The notes under the pieces: generated by a model
The model's input: only the letters and a program-made list of their open reading frames with translations
Told to the model about the DNA's origin: nothing
The model's database searches: none
Shown here: piece after piece, positions 40,260 through 49,434 of the stretch
Layout of the letters: every line of letters begins with the position of its first letter
Numbering within the stretch: position 1 is the stretch's first letter
Program-made: the position numbers and the translations under genes
DNA from: Candidatus Bathyarchaeota archaeon
Lineage (GTDB): Archaea; Thermoproteota; Bathyarchaeia; Bathyarchaeales; Bathycorpusculaceae
Assembly: GCA_963833575.1 (NCBI GenBank)
Contig: CAWHXY010000004.1
Location: 160,001-224,000 of the forward strand
Length of the DNA: 64,000 nucleotides
Direction of reading: 5' to 3'

Positions 40260-42470
40260 CTAATTTAGTTCTACTTTGGCTAATAGAGCGTAGTTGCTTA
40301 AGCTGTTTAGTTGTACTCTGTTTTGGCTGATTGTGTATAGGACGTTGTCGATGTAGAGTGAGCGTGTTATGAAGTATTGGCTTTCGCCCCATGGGTATGA
40401 TCCTGTGATTGCAAGGGATGGGTTTGCGAGATAGGTTGATGCATCGTCTAATTGTGTTATATTGCCTCTAATGGTGATGCCGTTTGTTAGGTCAACGTTG
40501 AATACGTATACTCCTTGCCATACGAACTGTGGATAACTGAGGGTTGTTGGAAACATTGGCGCTGGAACGGCTGCTCCACTACTTGCGGATCCTGTGGCGC
40601 CCGTCGATGCCGTAGCTGTGCTGTTGGTTGATAAGTACAATTCAACTGGCAACACCAAAAGGTTACGGGACGCGTCGAAGAGGATGGCATGAGGGTCAGT
40701 GAGGGCTTCTGAAGTTGTTCCGCTATCGCCTATGATGATACTTGAAGTTTCCTTCGGGTTTGCAACATCACTTACGTCAAATAGGCTTACTTTCAAGCCT
40801 AAAACAGCGGTATAGTAGACGTCGCCTGGAGTTTCCACTTTGTTTGCGTCGATGCTTGCGTTTACATCTTGACCGATTCCGATCAGATGGGTTGCGTCGT
40901 AGGGTTGCAGGAAATCTGAGTATCCAGGGATGGTTAGGTTGCCAAGGACCATGGGGTTGGTGGGTTGAGTTAAGTCGACGACAAATAGTGGGTCAATTTG
41001 GTTGAACGTAACTAAGTAGCATCGGTCAGCTATAAATCGGGCCGAATGGAGTTGTTCTCCGCTGGCTAAGTTTTCGAGTTTTCCCATGACTTTGAGGTTT
41101 GAGTCTAATATGTAGAGGTTATTTTGCTGCGTTGAGGTATAGCTGGTTTGGGAGTAATCTGTGGAGCTTGTGGCTATGCGGAAGTATCCGTTGTATTCAT
41201 CCATCGAGTATTGGCTCATAACGGTGCCTGTAACGTTTCCTTGTGCGGCAAGGGTAAGTGATGGGCCTGAGATTGCGATGCGGTAAATAGCGGTTCCCTG
41301 CCAATTAAGCTGAACCGGAGTGATGGGCATTGGCACAATTGTTGTGCCTGTTTGAGATGGCGCACCTGAAATTGTCACGGGTTGATAGGTGTTTACTTGG
41401 TCGGTTAGGTAGATGTTGCTTTGGGAAACATAGATTGTTCCTGCGTTGCCCATAAGAACCGTTGTGCTTACGCCTTGTTCCAGATCGTTTGCGATGTCTA
41501 AGGCAACAATGGTTGTGTACATGTAAGCTGAATCTGAATTGTTAACATAGTAGATGCTTGTGGGCGCTACCGCAGAAGGTTGCGCTCCAGAGAAAACCGT
41601 TGGAAACAAAACAGATCCATTATAAAGATAAGCATTTTCAGAAATTACATCATAAACATAGTTACCTATCATTCGGCTGTCAACGTAGTTGCCGCTCATT
41701 GTAAAGTTCCGTGAAAGCACCGGGTTAGCTTTATTTGAAACATCATAAACATAGACAAAGTTTGTGCTGGCTGTCCAACTGGGAAAGATCATGTGAGCCG
41801 GATAAAATCCAGTAACTCCCCCGTAAACCTGATAGGGTACATAGCTGCTTCCGAGAACAGCAAGTTTGTTGCCGTCTGCGCTAAGATAAATTCCCTGCGG
41901 GCTAACGTTGTCAAAGGATATTTTGCTGAGAACTTTGGCGTCTTGTGGATTCTTAGAGCCTGCGTCTAAAATGTAGACAACTTGGCTATTATTGCCTATC
42001 GCGTAGATGTATTGGCCATCGGTTTTTACGGTGTCTGCTTCATCGACGCCTGCAACCTGGATATTAGTTGTTGAATAACCAGATGAAGCGCTTTGTGAAG
42101 TTGGAGATGCTTCTGAAGGTGCCATTATATGTGCTGGTGCAGGTTCAGCCATCCCGTTAGCAGTGTAAAAATAGGTCTGGGGAGGATTATCCAGATTTGA
42201 GCTGCTGCTTTGATTTAAAAAGTTTTTAAGTTCATCATATGAAGCAAAAGTTTTCATCGAACTTTGAGTTCCCACCGTTTGTGTTCCCAAGTTTCCCTGA
42301 GACAGCGTTGTCTGAGTCCCCTGAGACGACCCCGGCTGCTGAGACGCACCAGGAGAAATCCCAGTGTTGCCATAAGCATAAATCGTAGCCACAAGAACAA
42401 TAGCTAAAAGTAAAGCAATCAAACCATAAGTTTTAGTTTTCTTCAAGACTTCTTTCTGAACCATAATCAA
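40260..42470 (-). CDS. Secreted beta-propeller domain protein (Beta_propel family)
   Basis: YSTTNIQVAGVDEADTVKTDG, QYSMDEYNGYFRIAT, DPLFVVDL, IPGYSDFL, GLKVSLFDV. Confidence 0.9.
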   Translation of the reverse strand: MIMVQKEVLKKTKTYGLIALLLAIVLVATIYAYGNTGISPGASQQPGSSQGTQTTLSQGNLGTQTVGTQSSMKTFASYDELKNFLNQSSSSNLDNPPQTYFYTANGMAEPAPAHIMAPSEASPTSQSASSGYSTTNIQVAGVDEADTVKTDGQYIYAIGNNSQVVYILDAGSKNPQDAKVLSKISFDNVSPQGIYLSADGNKLAVLGSSYVPYQVYGGVTGFYPAHMIFPSWTASTNFVYVYDVSNKANPVLSRNFTMSGNYVDSRMIGNYVYDVISENAYLYNGSVLFPTVFSGAQPSAVAPTSIYYVNNSDSAYMYTTIVALDIANDLEQGVSTTVLMGNAGTIYVSQSNIYLTDQVNTYQPVTISGAPSQTGTTIVPMPITPVQLNWQGTAIYRIAISGPSLTLAAQGNVTGTVMSQYSMDEYNGYFRIATSSTDYSQTSYTSTQQNNLYILDSNLKVMGKLENLASGEQLHSARFIADRCYLVTFNQIDPLFVVDLTQPTNPMVLGNLTIPGYSDFLQPYDATHLIGIGQDVNASIDANKVETPGDVYYTAVLGLKVSLFDVSDVANPKETSSIIIGDSGTTSEALTDPHAILFDASRNLLVLPVELYLSTNSTATASTGATGSASSGAAVPAPMFPTTLSYPQFVWQGVYVFNVDLTNGITIRGNITQLDDASTYLANPSLAITGSYPWGESQYFITRSLYIDNVLYTISQNRVQLNSLSNYALLAKVELN

Positions 42471-42682
42471 TTCGCCTGATTAGTGTATAGTGAACGGTTT
42501 TATATGATGCTAAGTTTAAGAACAGGCTGTCCAGTTGTTAGAACGGACACAAATTCCACGTAAGCAAATGCTTTAGGTAGAAACCGAGTTTTCCATAGAG
42601 GCAATTACTCAATTGTGAGTAATAATGGGGGACACCCTCGAGGGCAAAACGCGTCTATCGACGCTGTCGAATTGGGCTGCCT

Positions 42683-42849
42683 CAAATTCTGCAAATTTTA
42701 TGTCGAAATACCTGCGCTGGTTCTGAGTTAAGGCCATACCCTAAACTTCTCTATCTCTTTAGCTGTTCTAATTTTTCAATTTCTTGCTGTCTTTAGATCA
42801 GCTTTATCTCTACCACTTCTAAACGTTTCAAAACATTTTTACTCAACAT
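42683..42849 (-). pseudogene. Remnant 4 of the FRVWLNSEE family, still in operon position
   Basis: MLSKNVLKRLEVVEIKLI*RQQEIEKLE..AKEIEKFRVW-LNSE; overlaps the end of 42839-43063. Confidence 0.75.
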
Positions 42850-43063
42850 TTTTCTCGTCCTCAACATATTTAAAAACTGTAATCAAAACCGCTTCTCCTT
42901 GCTCTTTAGCCCAAGAGTCAAACTGCTCTTGTGAGAGAGCTCGGCCACAGTCGCCATAATATAGTCCATCAAAATCTTTCATCACAAACTTCTTTTGAGT
43001 GGCCCCGCCTAATTTTTTCTCAGCAGTACTGAGTCGCTTAGCCACTTCCCTGTAAATTGTCAA
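42839..43063 (-). CDS. Small mobile-element/virus-like hypothetical protein
   Basis: EVAKRLSTAEKKL helix; overlaps the upstream gene by 4 nt. Confidence 0.6.
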   Translation of the reverse strand: MTIYREVAKRLSTAEKKLGGATQKKFVMKDFDGLYYGDCGRALSQEQFDSWAKEQGEAVLITVFKYVEDEKNVE

Positions 43064-43467
43064 TGTTTCTTGTCCTCCTTCTCTTTCTTTTCTGCCAATT
43101 CTTCCACATGTTCAAGCCTCTGTAGAATGTTTCTTGATAAAACCGCGTTACTGTGAACCTCCAGACTATCCAACACAAGTTTTAAAGCCCCAACTTTTGC
43201 ACTGTCGTTTTTTGCCCGCATATAAGTACTCCAAGCCGCCTTCTGCACAGCATTAAGTTTTGTCTCCATCTCATCCGCAAACTCTGCATATTTCTCCAGC
43301 GACAACAGCATCGGCACCCATTTTTCCCGTCGTTCCCAATCACTCCAAAGGCACCGCTCAGAAACCTCATATTTCTCAGCTAAGTGACTGATAACTTCTG
43401 ACGGATGGAAACCTTTGCAAGTGTTATCCAGCATTTCAGTCCGGCGTTTTAAAAGTTCCAGGTCCAC
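43060..43467 (-). CDS. HTH + helical protein, possibly terminase small subunit-like
   Basis: N-terminal HTH-like (LAEKYEVSERCLWSDW), then AKVGALKL and NILQRLEHVEE. TerS resemblance is architectural inference only. Confidence 0.45.
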   Translation of the reverse strand: MDLELLKRRTEMLDNTCKGFHPSEVISHLAEKYEVSERCLWSDWERREKWVPMLLSLEKYAEFADEMETKLNAVQKAAWSTYMRAKNDSAKVGALKLVLDSLEVHSNAVLSRNILQRLEHVEELAEKKEKEDKKH

Positions 43468-43688
43468 TATTGAGCCTCCCGGTTCTGTGGCATGTCTTCG
43501 ACGTTTTTGAAACCTTTTGCGCAGCCGTTGCGAAAGCGCGTGTGTATATGTGAGTGTATATGGTTGTTGTTCTTTGTTTCTTCTTTCTTCTTTTCATTCC
43601 ATACATTCATACTCATACACACACTACCACCCCTACAACCACATCGAAAAAGAATACTTTCCCAAACATACGCAAAAACGGTTGATCC

Positions 43689-44147
43689 TCAACCCAGGTA
43701 ATCATCCGCTCTACCTACTTGCTTTTTACAAAATTCAGCGTATTCTCTTTCAAACTGCTCACGTTCCTCGCTGGCCAACCAAGCCCTACAACAGTCAATG
43801 TGCTTTTTCTCCTCTTCCGAGTCTTTGTTTAACCATGCTTCCTCTTCAGGAGGCAAACACCAGCCTCTGCGCACTGGATCCCAAACTTTAGGCATCCCAT
43901 AATAGGGATTGCTGTGGATCTTTTCAAGAAGAAACTTTTCATCCTCTTGTGCCTCAAGTTCATGCTTGGCTATGAGTTCCTCGGGTGTCAAGTTAGCCTC
44001 TTCCATTTCATCCATTTTTTGGAAAATATCCACCATTTCAAGAAGAATCGTTATTTCCTCGCTACTTTCTTGCCACTCAGGTACAACGGTCTCAGCCCAA
44101 AGCTTCTTTTCCACCTGTGCTAAACGCTTTAGTATAGTCTTATTCAA
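43689..44147 (-). CDS. Acidic hypothetical protein; intact distant member of the FRVWLNSEE family
   Basis: MNKTILKRLAQVEKKL...CRAWLASEEREQFEREYAE. Confidence 0.7.
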   Translation of the reverse strand: MNKTILKRLAQVEKKLWAETVVPEWQESSEEITILLEMVDIFQKMDEMEEANLTPEELIAKHELEAQEDEKFLLEKIHSNPYYGMPKVWDPVRRGWCLPPEEEAWLNKDSEEEKKHIDCCRAWLASEEREQFEREYAEFCKKQVGRADDYLG

Positions 44148-44303
44148 CCAATTTTCCTCCTTTCAGTCATTGTTGGATACACAAAGACAAAGAGCTCAGT
44201 TTGAGCAAGAGTGCATTGACGGTTGATTCCTATAAAAGAAGAAAACATTGCAACTAACGAATTCTTTCTTGAAACGACAATATACACACTCATAACAACA
44301 CAC

Positions 44304-44561
44304 TCACACACCCGAAGGTCTTCTAATCTGGTCTCTTTCCAAGTCTACTTCAAACTGATCAGCTTCAACAAGCAATGCAAGATACTCCATAATCTTGATA
44401 CAGGTAAGCCCAGTCTCCAGCGCCTGTTTTGCAACAGTTTTCTTTAGAGAAATAAACCCCAGATCTTTGTTTTGGTATAGAGCAGCTTGTACGTTGGCTG
44501 CAATTTTCGCTATTCTTTCTTTTCTTGATTCCGCACCATCTTTCCTAACCATTTTTGACAT
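44304..44561 (-). CDS. Small winged-helix-like protein
   Basis: ETGLTCIKIMEYLALL...QFEVD wHTH-like pattern; divergent from 44608. Confidence 0.6.
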   Translation of the reverse strand: MSKMVRKDGAESRKERIAKIAANVQAALYQNKDLGFISLKKTVAKQALETGLTCIKIMEYLALLVEADQFEVDLERDQIRRPSGV

Positions 44562-44607
44562 ACACCTGTACATAAAATATAATGCTCAGACAATTGACTA
44601 CCACGTT

Positions 44608-45357
44608 ATGAATGAAGATACGACACCTAGTATCAGATCCAGTAACATTGAGGATCAAGTTCACGATATCATAGAAAAGAAGGGCATAGAAGGTTGGATA
44701 CGAGTTAGCAAATGCGAGAAGGAATATGTAACCTCCAACCCCGATGAGAATTTAGGCACAAGAAGAACCCGGTTCTATCGTTGGCTCATAAAAGTTGAAA
44801 GAAAAAAGCTTCAAGGCTTCCAGATCATGAAATTCCCTAACAATCTCAGTTATATTGGGCTTGCAAATTCTAGCCCAAAAAAGCTTGATTCTCTAATAGC
44901 TAATGATAAAGAAATCGCTCAGAAGTTATGTTTTAGTGATGCCTTTTATTTTAACGCTTTCAAGAAACTTGATGAGATATGCAGTATAGCAAATGGAAAT
45001 AAGGCTCGCTATGCTTCCCCAGATAAAGCGTTGATTGAACTCAATTCTTTCATAGCAACTCTTCCAAGAGACTTAAAGGAAAAAATAAAGCCACTGCAAG
45101 ATCAAGCCATGGATTCAGTAACAAAACATGGAAGAATACCGCTACAGCCTAAGTACTTTGGAGGCTTAGTTGGAATACTCAACGAAGAAGAGAATATTCC
45201 TGACAAAGAATTCCTAAATAATTGCTATCAATGGATCTTAAAGTTAGTTAACGAAGTTTCTTCTCTCTTGCATGAGTCGAAAGACAACTTAACACTATTC
45301 GGCTTAAATCAAGCTGATAACAAATCAAAAGAAAACCCTCTATCCCATCTTGAATAA
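44608..45357 (+). CDS. Hypothetical protein (possible N-terminal DNA-binding domain)
   Basis: Start at MNEDTT avoids overlap with the divergent gene; no family recognised. Confidence 0.65.
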   Translation: MNEDTTPSIRSSNIEDQVHDIIEKKGIEGWIRVSKCEKEYVTSNPDENLGTRRTRFYRWLIKVERKKLQGFQIMKFPNNLSYIGLANSSPKKLDSLIANDKEIAQKLCFSDAFYFNAFKKLDEICSIANGNKARYASPDKALIELNSFIATLPRDLKEKIKPLQDQAMDSVTKHGRIPLQPKYFGGLVGILNEEENIPDKEFLNNCYQWILKLVNEVSSLLHESKDNLTLFGLNQADNKSKENPLSHLE

Positions 45358-45410
45358 CGTTTACAAATCAGTTAGCTGTGGAAGCGAGAATGAAGTCGAA
45401 TGGACAGACG

Positions 45411-45781
45411 ATGAGAGGCTTTCTAAATAGTTTGCAATTCGGTAAGCTTCTCTTGCGTGTGACTTCCAAGAACTTTATAGATATTTGATTGACGATTTTA
45501 TAATCGGATATTGTAAAGACCTGAACAAAAGGGATTTCGCTTACAAGACTGAGAAACGTTCTAACAAAAAGGGAAAAAGGCAATATCTAACAGATGATTT
45601 AGCTAACGAGTTTACAAATAAGCTGAACAACTATTTCCTCTCAAAAGTTAATATTCCAAGAATAAAAGTAGGAACACAGCAAGAGATAGAGACACTCATA
45701 AACGAAGAAGCATTCCTTTTCGCAAAATACCTGAGAGCGGAGCGACCAACTTGGATTCCAAGAATCGCGGAACTCAAGTAG
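45411..45781 (+). pseudogene. cas1: C-terminal remnant of a stand-alone Cas1 (Cas1-solo/casposase-like)
   Basis: GFLNSLQFGK-(1-nt deletion)-SLACDFQELYRYLIDDF matches the Cas1 GFLH...SLxxDxxExYR motif. Catalytic His codon is AAT (Asn); N-terminal part is missing. Confidence 0.75.
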
Positions 45782-46144
45782 GTGTTCGCTGTGCGGAAGA
45801 CTCAGCAGTCTTCAGTTCTACTGAGCGTAAAAATCCCTCCAAAAAGAGTTCGAGAAAAATTTCTAATTATTTACGAACTTGATGGATGCCAAAAAGCTGT
45901 AAACTATTTATCCACATACTACAAGATCAGAAGAATGAAGATATTCCTTAGCGGCAGAAAAGTTGGAAAATGGTGTCTTGGAATGTATCTTAGAAACCGA
46001 GCATATTTCAAAAAAGAAGGCTTAAGAAGGAGAATAGTTTTGCACGAGTTCTACCATCATTTAGTAACTTCTAAGGGTATTGAACTTGTAATAAGAATCG
46101 AAGAAAAAGAGGCAAACAGCTTCGCTCGAGAATTTCTCAAGTAG
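45782..46144 (+). CDS. Small HEXXH zinc-metallopeptidase-like protein
   Basis: IVLHEFYHHL followed by EEKEANSFA (ImmA/IrrE-like pattern); abuts the cas1 stop. Confidence 0.7.
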   Translation: MFAVRKTQQSSVLLSVKIPPKRVREKFLIIYELDGCQKAVNYLSTYYKIRRMKIFLSGRKVGKWCLGMYLRNRAYFKKEGLRRRIVLHEFYHHLVTSKGIELVIRIEEKEANSFAREFLK

Positions 46145-46210
46145 CACAGGTTAATCCAAATTATCGTCACCGAATAAAGTGTACTAATTTTTTTAGGTAA
46201 AGCTTGACTA

Positions 46211-46374
46211 TCGCGTTCGCAGCGGGAAGCCGCGGGTTTGTAGGCGCAACAATCACTCCGTTTCCCTGAGCCTTGGCTCTTGCGAATGCTTAGTATTTCT
46301 GATAAGTGATCTACGGGTTCAAATCCCATAGAGACTTAGGCTTAATAGGGTTCGAATGTCTTTTTCAGCGCCCA
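46211..46374 (+). pseudogene. Cluster of degenerate tRNA-like fragments (possible att-site scars)
   Basis: GTTCGCAGCGGGAAGCCGCGGGTT (tRNA-Ala-like), perfect T-arm GGGTTCAAATCCC at 46315-46327, GGGTTCGAAT at 46348. No complete cloverleaf. Confidence 0.45.
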
Positions 46375-46418
46375 ACATTTTTGCAACATAAGAAATAGAG
46401 ATTACAATATTTAGGACC

Positions 46419-46537
46419 GACAAGGGTTTGCTGAGATTCTGGCACAGAAATATTTTCTTTTAGGAGAAAAAGAAAAATGCAAATCTCACGAAACTATGTC
46501 TATTTTCATGAGTTTTAGCCAGAGTCTACTCAGCCCC
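46419..46537. ncRNA. Structured intergenic repeat, copy B (candidate ncRNA)
   Basis: 46419-46498 is identical to 50745-50824 (80 nt). Stems GCTGAG-ATTCTGG/CCAGAGT..CTCAGC and CTCACGA/TCATGAG. Confidence 0.65.
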
Positions 46538-46597
46538 ATCTTTTGCTTATTGTTTGACTAAAAAAAGAGGAAAAAAGTTGGTTTTATTGATTTCATT

Positions 46598-49354
46598 TTA
46601 TGGTCGCTTTTTGATATTTCTTGTAATTAGAGCGCCTACAATGGCTATTGCAACAATCATGGCAACTGCTAAGACAGATAGCATGATGTAAAGCGGGGTT
46701 AGAATTGCGTTTGCTTGAAGCGGTGTTGCAGTGACTGGCGGAGAAGTTGGCGCTGGCGTTGGAGTCGGAGTAGGGGTTGGAGTTGGTATTGGCGTTACTG
46801 AGCTCGCAGCTGTGGCTTGTGTGAAGCATGTGACGTTGAAGTCTCCAGATGCTACGTATAGGTTACCAGCGTATGGTACAGGTTGGGTTGCTTCATCACC
46901 GCAGAAAGCATATGATTCTTTAGCTCCTGTAGCACCGTTGAGTACATAGGCATAGTTCAGATAAGTAACAGCGTAGATGTTTCCTGCATAGTAAGATAAC
47001 GGGGCATCGTCCTCTCTTGAAAGATATGTTGTCCATGAAGCGTTTCCGCTAAGTGCATTTACACAAACTATCGCATACCACTCATTGAAGTAGCAATTGC
47101 CTCCTGCAAAGAGTATGCCTCCAACATTGTCTGTGCCCCATTGTCCAGTTGTCAAGGGGTCATAATATGCATCGTAAGTCCACAGTATTTTTCCTGATGT
47201 CCCATTTATGGCAAAAGTACGCATGTTAATCTGCTGTACGAATATTATGTTGTCTAATGTGTCAACTGTTACTGGAGCTTCGATTCCTTGTCCTGTAATG
47301 CGAGCTGAGGGGTTTCCTGCAGCAATGAATGGATTAACGACATAGGGGAAACTCATATTCTGCATCAATGCACCTGTTTGAGCGTTAAGTTCGTAGATAT
47401 AGCCATTAGGTCCAGCTTGGTTCGGGGCAACATAGACAATGTTATTGACAATCGTTGGTGATCCAATAAGTAGTGCAGAGCCCCAGGTATACTTCCATAT
47501 GGTAGCTCCGGTGTTTGCGTTCAGGCAGAAGATGTAGTTGTTTGCACCAACGTAAAGGTTGTTGCCAACCACCATTGGTGACGGCGGTCCGTCTGTTCCA
47601 ATCTCTCCGAATCCAAGGTTAATTGCAGGCATTGATAGTAACGAAACACTCCATGCCAATGCACCTGTAGCGGCATTTAAGCAATAGACATTACCATCGT
47701 CTGCACCAGTGTAAACATAACCGTTTATGACTGCTGGTGTAGAGTGGACTCCAGCTTTAGTCGTGAAATTCCAAATTACATTGCCATTGCTAGCGTTGAA
47801 AGCGTAAATATTGTGGTCAGTTGAACCAATGTAGCCTATATCATTTGCAAATACAGGTGAACTTGCGAATGGTGCTCCATTTCCTAAAGGCTTGCTCCAT
47901 AGCTCTGTTAGGTTCGTAGGTCCCCATCCCTCTGAATTGTGTGTCGGATCGTTCAGATACATTGACCAACTCTGAGCAGGACCGTTTCCGAGACATACGA
48001 CATCAGATTGTGTATTGAATCCACCTGTAGCGCTTGTTGATGTTGAGTATGTGTAGCCTCCTGAAGTCGATGATGAACTTGTGGGTATTAAGTACAAGTT
48101 TCCATAAGCGTTGCATTGCGCGTCTTGAGGTGCACCATTTTCATATGGTATTGACCAAACAAGGGTTCCGTTGTATGCGTTGTAACAATCAAATTCTGAA
48201 TGTCCATATTGTCCAGTGTTGGGGTCTCTATACTCGTTGTCGCCCATTTCTGTATAAATGTAGCCTCCAGCAATGCTAAATGTGCCTGAATACGAGACTC
48301 CATTGCCTGGTGAATATTCATTCCAGACAAGTTTTCCATTTGTAGCGTTTACTGCATAGAAGTGTGTATCTTGGTTATGTCCATATATCATTCCGTAGCT
48401 TGAACCTAGACTCCAGGACCACGTGCTGTCAAGTGTCCCAGGGTCGAATGTCCACATCAGTTGTCCTGTAGTTATGTTCCAACAGTACATGACACCATCC
48501 TGCGCTCCGAATGCGAAAACACCGTCAATAGCAGTACAGCCCCAAAGTTGAGGTGACGTGCAGGGTACTGTCCACAAATAGGCACCAGTTGACGCATTAA
48601 ACCCACTGAATGTCTGTTCTGCCGATGTGTACACCATTACACCATTATCATAAGCTGATCCAGTACCAGAAGGCACTTGTGCATTAGTTGTGTCATTCCA
48701 CAAAACTGTAGGTGGTTGCGCTGGATTGTTTAGTTCCCAACCGCATCCGTTGTTAAAGAACATTGGCGCTGGTAGGTATTGTGGGTCAGTAACAAGTGCG
48801 CCTCCGCCACTCCATATTGCTTGTCCATAGCCTATAAAACCAGCATCCGTAAATCCTGCTGGTGATTTCCAAACAAGTGTTCCTGTGTCAACTGCGTAGC
48901 AATTTCCGCCTAGAAACATGTAGTTGCCACCCAAATACATTGGTGCACCTGTTGTGTTAGGAATTGCGTAAACAATATTTCCTGTTCCTCCGTCTAAAGC
49001 AAGTGTGTCAGTTGCGTTTTGAACAAAGACGTATCCGCCAAATGCTGTCATACCGCTGATAGTTGGTACATTGACTCCTGGAATATGCGCTGTCCATAGC
49101 AGATTTGGTGTTGTTACACCTGTGCCTATACCTGCAAAGCTTCGGCTATCGTTTCCTGCAGGTGAAGCAAATATATCATTGATTAGATTCGAGCTAATAG
49201 AACTTCCCGAAGTGCTCTGTGCACTAGCAGAATGGATCATAGAATTTGGCATTAAGGTCAGCATTGAAATTAATAGCAAGACACTAATTAGAACTGCATA
49301 CATCATTTTTATCATATTTTTCAATTTTTTCACCATAGCTAACAATTGGAGCAT
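46598..49354 (-). CDS. Secreted, membrane-anchored PQQ-like double beta-propeller protein
   Basis: Signal peptide, SSPVFANDIGYIGSTDHNIYAFNASNG-type blades, PT-rich linker, TM and KKRP tail. Confidence 0.9.
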   Translation of the reverse strand: MLQLLAMVKKLKNMIKMMYAVLISVLLLISMLTLMPNSMIHSASAQSTSGSSISSNLINDIFASPAGNDSRSFAGIGTGVTTPNLLWTAHIPGVNVPTISGMTAFGGYVFVQNATDTLALDGGTGNIVYAIPNTTGAPMYLGGNYMFLGGNCYAVDTGTLVWKSPAGFTDAGFIGYGQAIWSGGGALVTDPQYLPAPMFFNNGCGWELNNPAQPPTVLWNDTTNAQVPSGTGSAYDNGVMVYTSAEQTFSGFNASTGAYLWTVPCTSPQLWGCTAIDGVFAFGAQDGVMYCWNITTGQLMWTFDPGTLDSTWSWSLGSSYGMIYGHNQDTHFYAVNATNGKLVWNEYSPGNGVSYSGTFSIAGGYIYTEMGDNEYRDPNTGQYGHSEFDCYNAYNGTLVWSIPYENGAPQDAQCNAYGNLYLIPTSSSSTSGGYTYSTSTSATGGFNTQSDVVCLGNGPAQSWSMYLNDPTHNSEGWGPTNLTELWSKPLGNGAPFASSPVFANDIGYIGSTDHNIYAFNASNGNVIWNFTTKAGVHSTPAVINGYVYTGADDGNVYCLNAATGALAWSVSLLSMPAINLGFGEIGTDGPPSPMVVGNNLYVGANNYIFCLNANTGATIWKYTWGSALLIGSPTIVNNIVYVAPNQAGPNGYIYELNAQTGALMQNMSFPYVVNPFIAAGNPSARITGQGIEAPVTVDTLDNIIFVQQINMRTFAINGTSGKILWTYDAYYDPLTTGQWGTDNVGGILFAGGNCYFNEWYAIVCVNALSGNASWTTYLSREDDAPLSYYAGNIYAVTYLNYAYVLNGATGAKESYAFCGDEATQPVPYAGNLYVASGDFNVTCFTQATAASSVTPIPTPTPTPTPTPAPTSPPVTATPLQANAILTPLYIMLSVLAVAMIVAIAIVGALITRNIKKRP

Positions 49355-49434
49355 TAAACATTTATCGACTTTTAGAAAGAGCCTTCTTTGGAAAAAACCT
49401 TAAAACCACAAAAACGATAATATGACTGTGGTTT

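Noticed and set aside
42604-42645. Palindromes ATTACTCA-N4-TGAGTAAT and CCCTCGAGGG as an element terminus
   Set aside because: No matching inverted copy found at the other end (46.1-46.4 kb); more likely an operator upstream of the 42470 gene, or chance.
44395-44607. N-terminal extensions in the ORF track (also 30284-30415, 28380-28490, 16931-16972, 1858-1890)
   Set aside because: They overlap neighbouring genes or lack an RBS and family similarity; downstream ATGs fit better.
46200-46380. Functional tRNA gene
   Set aside because: T-arm-like motifs are present but I could not build an acceptor stem and D-arm. tRNAscan-SE in archaeal mode (introns allowed) would be decisive.
46419-46537. Structured repeat as a box C/D sRNA, simple terminator or MITE
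   Set aside because: No RTGATGA box C; the upstream genes already have their own oligo-T tracts before the element; no target-site duplications seen. A MITE origin is not fully excluded.
45411-46600. CRISPR-Cas locus or intact casposon around the cas1 fragment
   Set aside because: No repeat-spacer array, cas2, family B polymerase or matching terminal inverted repeats found; cas1 is truncated and frameshifted.
46740-46800. PTPTPT repeat as a separate repeat element
   Set aside because: Ordinary Pro/Thr linker within the surface protein.
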